Positions 30,402 through 38,598 of a DNA stretch of 64,000 bases are shown piece by piece. The notes under the pieces were generated by a model. It saw nothing but the letters and a program-made list of their open reading frames with translations. It searched no databases and was not told the DNA's origin. This stretch comes from an uncultured Holophagae bacterium. GTDB lineage: Bacteria > Acidobacteriota > Thermoanaerobaculia > Thermoanaerobaculales > Sulfomarinibacteraceae. The stretch's first letter is position 1. Each line of letters opens with the position of its first letter. The stretch spans positions 46,550-110,549 of the forward strand of contig CAVQBD010000006.1 in assembly GCA_963710645.1 (NCBI GenBank), given 5' to 3'. Both the position numbers and the translations under genes were made by a program.

Positions 30402-30516
30402 GGGGGCATGATAGCTCGACGGTGGTCCGTGCGGTAGCCCCGGGCGGGGCGTGGCTGACCCTCCGATGGCGAGATCGAGGTATGCTCGAGGTCCAGGTTG
30501 CAGAAGGTAGGCTGCG

Positions 30517-31731
30517 ATGGTGCGAAGCCAATTTCGTTTTGATCCCCCCGCCGCAGAGCCGAGTTCCGAGTTGGTGTGGGTGTTGGCGAGGGCCTTCGGC
30601 CCGGTGGACACGCCTCGCGATGATCGGGTGGATCGGGCGGTGCTCTTCGACCTCGCCGAACGGCTGGGGCTGACGGAAAGGATCGGGGCACGGATTCCGG
30701 CCTCCGTGTTGTATGTCGAGGTGGGAGAAATGGCCGCGGCGGAATTTGCACAGGCCCATGGCGACGCCGCCGCTCTGGAACTGGCCTCCTCGGGCTTGTG
30801 CCGCAAGCTGGGAGCCCTCGGCCGTGAACTCGGGTTGCCGATCATCGTGACAAAGGGTGCGGCGTTGCGGGAGTCCGGCGTCACCGCCACCGGTTCACGG
30901 CAGGCATGCGACATAGATGTTCTGACCATCGCGTCACGACTCGACGATCTGTACGAAGCCCTCGTCTGCGAGGGATACCGGGTGTCGGGAATGCGGGCCG
31001 CCGAACACGAGCTTGACGCCCTCTTTCACCCCTCCGGGTTGATGGTCGAGATTCATCGATACCTCAGAGGCGTCCGGATCGCAGGCGATCGTTCTGCAAC
31101 CGCGGATGACCTGCTCGACAACGGGCTCTGTCGAGGATCAGAGTCTGATCCGGGTGGAGTGCTGGTCCCCGAATCCCAGGTTCTGCTGGCCCACGTGCTG
31201 GTCCACGGTATCGCCCAGCACGGAAATGCGCCCTGGTCATACCCGTTGTTGCGGATGGTGGGGGACGTGCAGGACCTGGGATTGGACCACGAAGGCTGGT
31301 CGAGTTTTCTCGCCAGGGAGTGGCGGTGGATCGCCCGGGATGTGAGCCGGGAGGAGGCCACATCGGTTTGGGAGCTCGGCCATAGGCTCGGGGGCGGGGA
31401 GTCTGCCGATGCGATCATTGCCGGCGATGACCCGGTCGGGCTGATGTTGTCCCACATGGTGGCTGGGACGCTGGATGAGGAATATCAGCGGTCCTTGCGA
31501 TTTTCGCACCTGGCACGGCCGGTGGCGGGCACAACCGTTGGCCATACGCTGCTCCGAAAAGTGATGACCAATCTCTGGCTGCGTCGCGGCGAGATCGACC
31601 TGATCTACGGACCCCAGCCCAATGCCGGCCGGTACCTGGCCATGCGGCTGTGGCGCCCCCTGGACCTCGCTCTGCAGGCCGCCGGTTCCATCCGGGCGCG
31701 GCGGGCGTTCAAGAAGGGCCGCAGGAAATAG
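30517..31731 (+). CDS. nucleotidyltransferase-family protein (PF14907 / NTP_transf_5-like)
   Basis: ...IIVTKGAALRE...RQACDIDVLT...LMVEIHRYL... is the pattern I associate with the uncharacterised nucleotidyltransferases found beside PqqD/HprK-like genes. By-eye call only. Confidence 0.6.
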   Translation: MVRSQFRFDPPAAEPSSELVWVLARAFGPVDTPRDDRVDRAVLFDLAERLGLTERIGARIPASVLYVEVGEMAAAEFAQAHGDAAALELASSGLCRKLGALGRELGLPIIVTKGAALRESGVTATGSRQACDIDVLTIASRLDDLYEALVCEGYRVSGMRAAEHELDALFHPSGLMVEIHRYLRGVRIAGDRSATADDLLDNGLCRGSESDPGGVLVPESQVLLAHVLVHGIAQHGNAPWSYPLLRMVGDVQDLGLDHEGWSSFLAREWRWIARDVSREEATSVWELGHRLGGGESADAIIAGDDPVGLMLSHMVAGTLDEEYQRSLRFSHLARPVAGTTVGHTLLRKVMTNLWLRRGEIDLIYGPQPNAGRYLAMRLWRPLDLALQAAGSIRARRAFKKGRRK

Positions 31732-31952
31732 CCTGGTGTTGAAGTCATACGTGCGATCCACATCATAAAACCAGGACGTCATTTTGCAGTATGCCGTTCG
31801 GGATGAACCAACCCGGAACGACCGTCCGGTAGCTGCGATCGGCTCCGATGCCCAATATGAGATGTGTACATCGACGATGCAATAGTTGACGAATGTCACA
31901 AACTCACCGACTATTGTGTGGTCTGATGGTGTGGACGACTGGAGGGCGCATC

Positions 31953-32165
31953 ATGGCTGAGTTGCACCTCAGTGATCTTGCAGCGGATCTCGAGAGCTAT
32001 ATGGCGGAGTTATCCGCGCGGAGATCCTCAGCGTGCAAGGCCCGGCCCGAGAACCCCTTCGACGGCCGTGACACCCCGGATCTGTTCACCATCCTGTCCG
32101 AACCCTGGAGTGACACCGAGGTCGAGGAGTTTCTCGAGTTGGTGAGAGTGCCGGAAGCCCTGTAG
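31953..32165 (+). CDS. small acidic hypothetical protein (70 aa)
   Basis: GGAGGG lies 6 nt before the ATG, and its own terminator sits 27 nt downstream. The upstream leader is locally AT-rich. Sequence: MAELHLSDLAADLESYMAELSARRSSACKARPENPFDGRDTPDLFTILSEPWSDTEVEEFLELVRVPEAL. Confidence 0.5.
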   Translation: MAELHLSDLAADLESYMAELSARRSSACKARPENPFDGRDTPDLFTILSEPWSDTEVEEFLELVRVPEAL

Positions 32166-32191
32166 CTTCATTCCTTGGCAGAGATTTCAAC

Positions 32192-32219
32192 GAGCCCCGA
32201 TCATCGGGGCTCTTTTCTG
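32192..32219 (+). terminator. rho-independent terminator
   Basis: GAGCCCCGA - tca - TCGGGGCTC (perfect 9-bp stem) followed by TTTTCTGT. Confidence 0.65.
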
Positions 32220-32224
32220 TTGGA

Positions 32225-32735
32225 CGCCAGCCAAGTTACACGTTAAACGTTGCGCGTTAAACGTCCGCCCGACCCCGCTTCGACCTGTCACCCTGAGCGA
32301 GCGAGTTCGACGAGCGAGTCGAAGGGTCTCCTCAAGTAGAAAAGAGAATTCCTGGGCAAGCATCGCCCGTCTGCACCGGTGGAGATCCTTCGACTACGCG
32401 GCCCTTTGGGCCGCTCCGCTCAGGATGACAGCGATGGGGGTATGCAACGGGCTCACGCTAAACGTTCCCATCGATCCCCGCCTACTGTCGGACCGAGTGG
32501 TTTCGGGGAGGGTGGGTGGGGAATTCAGAATTGAAAACTCAAAACTCAGAATTCAGCGTCCGACGTTCAACGTTCAACGTTCAACGTTCAACATTCAACA
32601 TTCGAGATTCCCACCCGCTCCCGCCTGCCGTTGGGGGGGGGTGGTAGGGAATTGAGAATTGAGAATTAAGAATTGAAAATTTCCCGTCTCACCCACAAAC
32701 CCCAACGTTCAACGTTCAACGTTTAACTTTCAACT
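32225..32735. repeat. composite repeat region: ACGTTAA/CAACGTT heptamers, nested palindrome, G4 motif and AT-rich heptamer arms
   Basis: Components: acgttaaacgttgcgcgttaaacgt (32240-32264); inverted pair 32287-32331 / 32381-32429; GGGGAGGGTGGGTGGGG (32505-32521); gaattcagaattgaaaactcaaaactcagaattcag; (caacgtt)n at 32563-32606 and 32703-32735. Confidence 0.8.
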
Positions 32736-34562
32736 TCTTCCCGTTCCCATCTGCTCTTTCCACGCCTTGGCGTATTTTCCCTTGAGAGCGAGGAGTTCCT
32801 CGTGGGTGCCCGACTCCACGATCCGTCCGTCGTCCATGACGTGGATGATGTCGGCGCGCATGGCGGTGGTGAGCCGATGGGAGATGATGATGGCGGTGCG
32901 CCCCTCGGCCACCGTCCGGAAACGCCTGACCCAGTCGATCTCGGACCACGAGTCCATGGCGCTGGTGGGCTCGTCAAGCAGAATCACCGGTGCATCGCGA
33001 ACGGCCGCACGGGCCAGAGCGATCCTCTGCCACTCGCCCCCGGACAACTCGGTTCCTCCGGAAAACCAGCTGCCCAGCAGGGTGTCGATCCCGTCCGGCA
33101 GTCGTTCGAGGAGCGCATCGGCACCCGCTGTCGACACCGCTGCGGCCACCCGAGCGTCCGTCGCCTCGTCGTCGATGGTTCCCAGTTCGATGTTCTGTCG
33201 GACGGTGGCCGAGTAGTGCATTGGCTCCTGGAACAGCACGGTGACCAATCGCCGAGCGTCGGCCAACTTCATCAGACGAAGGTCGCGCCCGCCGATCTCC
33301 ACCTGGCCTGCGTCGGGATCGTAGAGTCGGCACAGAAGTTTGAACAGCGTGCTCTTGCCTGCTCCGTTGACGCCCAGCAGCGCCGCGATCTGACCCGGCG
33401 CCACCTCGAGATCGAAATGGTCGAAGATCAGTCGATCCAGGCTGGGGTAGCGGAACGTGACGTTACGGAACCGTACAGACGGTGGCGATTGGGAATCCGC
33501 GAACTTGGCGGTCGGGGGATCCTCGATCTGCGGTCTCACATCCAGGAACTCGAAGAGGTTTTGCAGGAACAGCGTGTTTGTGACCACCTGACCCATCGTC
33601 TCGAGCAGGGACCGCATGAGTTTTTGGCCCTGGTTGAAGGCCTGGAAGAACATGGCCAGGTCGCCGAGAGTCGCCCCTCCCCGAATCGTTTGAACCACCA
33701 TCCAGATGACGGCTCCACCCATCACGGCAAGGGCGGCCGCGCCTGCGGCCATTTCAGACAGCGCCTGGGATTTGGCGAGATCGATCTGCTCGCCCCGGAG
33801 TCGGCCGCGGAGATCGCGGAAACGTCCTGCAAACTCTTCGCCGAGGCCGAAGAGTCGGATTTCCGGTGCCGGATCACGGTGGGTGAGGAGCCAGTCGAAG
33901 TAATACGTTCGTCGGATATCGGCCGTGGTTTCGATCCTCCATCTGTACTGTTTGACGGAATACCGCATGACGACCAGCAGCGCCGGGACCGAGCTGATAA
34001 CCAACGCCAGCGGAACCCACCAGCCGAACTGGGCGAGGACGGCGGCCATGGCCACCAACGTCATCCCGTGTTGCACGAGGCCGCCAAGGCCCTCGACCAG
34101 GGCGATCGGTCGGTAGTATGAGTCCGTCCGGGCACGGTGCAGTTGGTCGTGATACTCGGGAGTCTCGTAGTACGCGAGATCGGCCGCCACAGCCTGCCTG
34201 TGAATCAATCCGGAGAGATGATCCGACACGCGCTCAGCCTGAGCCGTTCGCACCCATCGGCCTGCAGCGGCGAGCACCTCCGAGACGAGCAGCAGGGCGG
34301 CCATCAGCAGGGCGAGGACCAGAGGCTGTTGGATGGCCTCCCAATTCCCTCCCGCGTCCGCCGCAGCCACGATGCTATCAACAAGGATCTTGGTGATATA
34401 CACGATGGCCACCGGCAACACGCCCTGGACCACCAGCAGCAGGACCCATGCCACGGTCCAGCGTCCGCCAGCTTGCCGGACCAATCCAAGCGCACGCGGG
34501 ATGTGCGGCAGCTGAGCCCTGACCTTTTTCAGCTTTGAGGTGATTTCGCCGCCTTGGGGCAT
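32730..34562 (-). CDS. ABC exporter, fused permease/ATPase (McjD/MsbA-like half transporter)
   Basis: Six-TM N-domain, then Walker A GVNGAGKSTLFKLL, signature LSGGEWQRIALARA and Walker B ILLDEPTSAMD. 610 aa, intact. Confidence 0.9.
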   Translation of the reverse strand: MPQGGEITSKLKKVRAQLPHIPRALGLVRQAGGRWTVAWVLLLVVQGVLPVAIVYITKILVDSIVAAADAGGNWEAIQQPLVLALLMAALLLVSEVLAAAGRWVRTAQAERVSDHLSGLIHRQAVAADLAYYETPEYHDQLHRARTDSYYRPIALVEGLGGLVQHGMTLVAMAAVLAQFGWWVPLALVISSVPALLVVMRYSVKQYRWRIETTADIRRTYYFDWLLTHRDPAPEIRLFGLGEEFAGRFRDLRGRLRGEQIDLAKSQALSEMAAGAAALAVMGGAVIWMVVQTIRGGATLGDLAMFFQAFNQGQKLMRSLLETMGQVVTNTLFLQNLFEFLDVRPQIEDPPTAKFADSQSPPSVRFRNVTFRYPSLDRLIFDHFDLEVAPGQIAALLGVNGAGKSTLFKLLCRLYDPDAGQVEIGGRDLRLMKLADARRLVTVLFQEPMHYSATVRQNIELGTIDDEATDARVAAAVSTAGADALLERLPDGIDTLLGSWFSGGTELSGGEWQRIALARAAVRDAPVILLDEPTSAMDSWSEIDWVRRFRTVAEGRTAIIISHRLTTAMRADIIHVMDDGRIVESGTHEELLALKGKYAKAWKEQMGTGRS

Positions 34563-34574
34563 GAACGGAGAGTA

Positions 34575-35615
34575 TCAGAATCGAGACGTGAGCGACTCGA
34601 GTGGACGAACCTCGTCGCATAGTCTCAGGAGGGTGGATGTGGGATCTTCCAGCAGATCGCGTCCGAGCCGGACGTCGAATCCGCCACATCCCTCGGCGAG
34701 GCCCGTCAGTACCGACAGTGCCTGAGTTCGTGCGCTGGGGTACCTGGGCGACAGGGTCAGCAGCGAGGCCGACGAAACAAGGGCGATCAGGGCTTCCTGT
34801 GGGGGAATCGGTCGGATTCTGCTGGTCCGGAGACGTCGGTCGATTTTCAGGTGCCACAGTCGACCCGGAACCACTACGGAGGATAGGTTGTGGGGACAGG
34901 CCCGGCGATGGAGCACATGAGAGTCCGCGCCCTCGGTGGCCGCTGCCCTCAGCCGAGGCGGCAACACGCCCAGGGTGGCGTCTCGGAAGCTGAAGTACTC
35001 CCTCAAGGGGCCAAGCTGGACTCGGCCGTCGCACAGGCGGGCGAGGACCGAATCGTCCGACGTGACCTGTCCTCCGGATCGGATGCTGGCTGCGGCGATA
35101 GTGGACTTTCCAGCCCCGCTGCCGCCCACACCAAGAATGGTGACGGGGCCGATCTGGAATGCCACTGCATGGAGGCAGGTCACCCCGAGCTGGCCAAGGG
35201 CGAGACCCACGGCGGTCTCCATGAGATCTGGCGACGGACCGTCGAGCCATCGGCCCACCGGGTCCCATTCCACGTGGATGATCGGGGATCCCCGGGTCAG
35301 TCGAATCAGGCCGGTAGGAAATCGGAGCTCGTCGCCCCCTTTTGTCACGCGATGCACTGGCTGGGTTGTTCCGTCTTGTGACGGAATTGAAAAGCGACGA
35401 CCACCAGGTTTCGAACGGGTGACTTCCAGCACGGCCACAGGGGGGGGCCGTGGATCTGCCGTGGACCGAGCGACGCGGGTTTCCCACAATCTGGCCAACC
35501 GTTCGGCCTGATCAATTGGTAGACCTCGAACTGTGACCGCTGTATGGGGCCGAGTGCCGGTGAACTGGAACTCGAGGACCATGGAATCAACCCTCTGCGC
35601 CACCGGTATCCTCAT
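34575..35615 (-). CDS. HPr-kinase-like (HprK-related) P-loop kinase
   Basis: ...LHAVAFQIGPVTILGVGGSGAGKSTIAAASIRSGGQVTSDDSV... matches the HprK C-terminal domain core (HA-x-A...G-x-SG-x-GKS...DD). Confidence 0.7.
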   Translation of the reverse strand: MRIPVAQRVDSMVLEFQFTGTRPHTAVTVRGLPIDQAERLARLWETRVARSTADPRPPPVAVLEVTRSKPGGRRFSIPSQDGTTQPVHRVTKGGDELRFPTGLIRLTRGSPIIHVEWDPVGRWLDGPSPDLMETAVGLALGQLGVTCLHAVAFQIGPVTILGVGGSGAGKSTIAAASIRSGGQVTSDDSVLARLCDGRVQLGPLREYFSFRDATLGVLPPRLRAAATEGADSHVLHRRACPHNLSSVVVPGRLWHLKIDRRLRTSRIRPIPPQEALIALVSSASLLTLSPRYPSARTQALSVLTGLAEGCGGFDVRLGRDLLEDPTSTLLRLCDEVRPLESLTSRF

Positions 35616-35717
35616 GGAAAGGTGCGATCATGGGACGGCTGCGAAGTCTGCCGAAGGCGACGAAAAGAACCAGCCCGCTTGCTGGCTGGCGCTCCCATGT
35701 TCTTTGATTAGGGCGTG

Positions 35718-35918
35718 CTACCCACTGCTGCCGAGTCCGCCGGGGCTGAGTTTCGTCCTGCCGCCAGCCACGTTGTCGGGATTGTCGCCCACAGTCAATC
35801 GATTCACGATCGAAGCAATACGACGGACCGAAATTGCCGGCCGCTCATAGGGGCGCAGAATCCGGTTGCGATCCGTGTCGGGTGTGCACCGCTGAGACAT
35901 TTTGTTGGGCAATTTCAT
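35718..35918 (-). CDS. candidate RiPP (lasso-type) precursor peptide, 66 aa, non-canonical core
   Basis: GGAG lies 6 nt upstream of the ATG. The ORF sits between the cyclase and kinase genes on the same strand. Sequence: MKLPNKMSQRCTPDTDRNRILRPYERPAISVRRIASIVNRLTVGDNPDNVAGGRTKLSPGGLGSSG. It has a YxxPxI leader-like motif and a T-V|G junction, but no Asp/Glu at core positions 7-9. Confidence 0.35.
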   Translation of the reverse strand: MKLPNKMSQRCTPDTDRNRILRPYERPAISVRRIASIVNRLTVGDNPDNVAGGRTKLSPGGLGSSG

Positions 35919-35991
35919 GATGGACTCCGGTCCTTTTGTCATTTCCCATGTCCGACTGAATTGTCTGAACCTATAATCTAGCATATTGTAC

Positions 35992-37810
35992 TCAAGAAGT
36001 GCAAGTCATCCTCGCGATGTAAACCTCGGCGACGCTCAAGTGCATGACGTTGAAAAGCGTCGCATCGTCGTGATCGGGGGCTTGGTCTACTCTTCTCATC
36101 CATGCGGGGCTAACAACTCCCTGCTCCACCAGATTCCACGAAGTCATGTTGGATTCGGCAATTACCTTGTGTGCGGTGGCCTTGAATGCAGCGATATAAC
36201 CCGTCTTGCTGATGCGATTCAACACCGTTGGTGGCGCCATGCCCTCGCCAACCAACCGCAGGAGGTGCTTGTCGCGGAGTCCGTGAGTGGGCGCCCTGCC
36301 CGGAATCCTCAGGGCGAAGTCAATGATATCGAGGTCCATGAACGGGCATCGGCGTTCCACTCCGTACCTGGCCATGACCTGCTCGCCGCTTTCGAGCTCA
36401 TGCCAATCCTGCACGAGGATCAGCCTGCGAAGAAGGGACCGGCGCGACCGGCTTCGACGATGTCGTCTGTCGAGAGCCGCGATACGGCCGTCGAGGTCGA
36501 CGCGGGGTCGATCCCGGTTCGGGTGGAGCCAATCGACCGAATCGACGGATGCGGACTTGGGCTGGACGCGGCGCAACGCTGGTTGGACGATGTGGTTGTG
36601 GACGAACCCAAAGCGCTTCTGCCCGGGTGTGAGTTGAAATCTGAAGAGGTCACGAACGAATCCGGGCAGATTCCGGAGAGAAGATAATCGGCCAAGTAGG
36701 AGGTGGTGCCGCCAAGCCATTCGTCGGCGCCCTCGCCCACGAGATCGACCCGGCGACCATCCTGGGACAGCCGCCGGGCGTGTCGTTCTGCAAAGGGCAA
36801 CCCACCGAAGTGCAGACCATCCACCTCGGCCGCAAGTCGCGCGATATCGGGCCGAAGGTCGTCGTTTCTGAGGTCCATCAGCACGCCGTTTGAACCCGTG
36901 AAGCGATGAGTCTCCAAGATCCGCTCGGTCTCATCGCATTCCAGTCCCGGAAAGACGTGGGAGTAGGCCAGGCCGTGTGCCGCCACCGGATCGCCCTGTC
37001 GAATGCGGTGAGCCAGCAAGCCCCACAAGACGGTGGAGTCGATGCCGCCGCTGAGGCTGACCGCGAAAGGTGCGTCCCGGAGGCACCGATTCAATGCGCG
37101 GTCGAGGAGGACCTCGAGCTCGACGACGAGTTGGTCGACATCGTATCGGCCCTCGCCTTCGGACGGGGGCACCCAGTAGGCATCGCCGCGGGCCTCCGTT
37201 CCGTTCAGTTCCGCCGGGAATTCGATCGCTGTGTTCGGTTGCAGGCGGGCGACCTGACGTACCAGAGTCCGGGACGGTTCTTCGAATTCGACGAGCATCT
37301 CCTGGACAAGTCCGTCCATGTCGATCTCCGGCGTGACGCGGCCCCCGCGGTCACCTGGCGGATCTCGGTGGCGATATAAGTGCGACCATGGAATGACCCG
37401 TGGAACAAGGGCTTGCGGCCCACGACGTCGCGGACCGCAAGCAGTTTGCGCCGACTCCGGTCATAGATGAGCATGGAGAACTCACCGCGGAGTTCTGCAA
37501 AAAGCTGGCCGCCCAGATCCTCGTAGGCCACTGCCACTCTGGCGGCGTGGGTGGCATCGGCGGGGATGTGCCAAGAGCGTGAGGAGGCAATTTCGGCCCA
37601 ATTGCCGATGTATCCGTGAATGGCTACGGTCCAGTTGCCTTCGGTGGCCAGCGACGCTTCGCCATCGGAAGCCTGAATTCCGACAGCCACGCCGTGCTCC
37701 ACGCAATGCGTCGCGGTGCCGCGATATGGAGACCGCTCCATCATTCGGCGCAGCCGCACCTCTAGCTCCGGGTCCCCACTTTCGCCGATGATTGCTACAA
37801 TCGCGCCCAT
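35992..37810 (-). pseudogene. asparagine-synthetase-like protein (lasso cyclase McjC-like), two frame changes
   Basis: N-terminal amidotransferase-like part is in ORF 37205-37822. PP-loop SLSGGIDSTVLWGL is in ORF 36420-37319. The C-terminal part is in ORF 35992-36720. The combined length of about 600 aa fits the family. Confidence 0.75.
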
Positions 37811-37826
37811 GCCGTTGGGCAAGTAT

Positions 37827-38279
37827 ATGGAATACGAACAAGATCAGCCACGCTTTCGTGACCCCGGCGACCTCGTTCTCTTCGTCAAGGCGCTGCCCAT
37901 GGCCCGGCTTGCCCAGCGCGTGCGGTCGACTCCGTTGCCCGAGGTCGTGGCTGCAATGGGCGCCGGGGGCGGGCGAGAAATGGATTCCCGGCGGGCGCGG
38001 GTGGCCGCCGGGAGGGCGTGTTCACTGTTCTGTCGGTTGTTTGGCGGCCTCGACTCGTGTCTGACGCGGTCGCTGGTCGCGGGCGCCATGTTGTCGGCGG
38101 CTCACGAAGTCCTGCTGCACGTGGGCTTCAGGCCCGGCTCCCGCGAGGTGCCGCTCGACGGACACGCGTGGTTGACGGTGGACGGCGAGCGGCTGGACTT
38201 GGAGCGTCCCGATGAAGACGTGCGGCCGTACACCGAGGTGTTGGACATCCCGTTTTCGGCGAGAGCAAGGAGCAGATGA
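37827..38279 (+). CDS. transglutaminase-core protein, lasso peptide B2 protease-like (PF13471-like)
   Basis: ...GGLDSCLTRSLVAGAMLSAAHEVLLHVGF...PLDGHAWLTVDGERL... carries the Cys ... His-Ala-Trp pattern of McjB C-terminal domain proteins. The start is 16 nt from the divergent cyclase start. Confidence 0.7.
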   Translation: MEYEQDQPRFRDPGDLVLFVKALPMARLAQRVRSTPLPEVVAAMGAGGGREMDSRRARVAAGRACSLFCRLFGGLDSCLTRSLVAGAMLSAAHEVLLHVGFRPGSREVPLDGHAWLTVDGERLDLERPDEDVRPYTEVLDIPFSARARSR

Positions 38280-38578
38280 TGAGTCGATTGGAAGAGCTTT
38301 CGCGGCTTCTGGCCTCGGATGACGAATTCACTCAGCAGAAACTGGCGGACGACACCGGGGTGATTCTGGATGTGGACTCGCTGCAGGTCTACTCGCTGAA
38401 CCCAACGGGTCAATTTCTGATCGACTGTCTGAGGCAGGGGATCGTCACCGAGGAGGGTCTGATGGAGCGGATGGTTGCCGAGTTTGACGTCGAGGAAGAG
38501 GTGGCGAAGCACGACGTCGCCGGATTTCTGGCCGAGCTCGAAACCTACCTGATCGACAAACGAAAAACGAAGAGCTGA
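38276..38578 (+). CDS. PqqD-family protein (RiPP recognition element, lasso B1-like)
   Basis: About 100 aa: ...VILDVDSLQVYSLNPTGQFLIDCL...GLMERMVAEFDVEEEVAKHDVAGFLAELE..., a typical PqqD layout. The ATGA start overlaps the B2 stop. Confidence 0.7.
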   Translation: MMSRLEELSRLLASDDEFTQQKLADDTGVILDVDSLQVYSLNPTGQFLIDCLRQGIVTEEGLMERMVAEFDVEEEVAKHDVAGFLAELETYLIDKRKTKS

Positions 38579-38598
38579 AGTCCCCACGACTCCTATCA

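Noticed and set aside
29538-30929. 463-aa minus-strand ORF taken at full length
   Set aside because: The first 176 codons are Pro/Arg/Ser-rich low-complexity sequence and overlap the start of the nucleotidyltransferase gene. The last part is also shadow-like. Only Met 30401 down to about 29930, continuing in another frame to 29596, looks like a real (broken) gene.
31237-31899. 220-aa minus-strand ORF
   Set aside because: Most of it is antisense to the nucleotidyltransferase gene 3' end. The remainder covers the AT-rich leader of the 70-aa ORF. It has no RBS or motif.
34378-35487. 369-aa alternative minus-strand ORF overlapping the kinase gene
   Set aside because: It is an Arg/Pro/Gly-rich shadow frame. 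The 34575-35615 frame carries the HprK-like P-loop core and is preferred.
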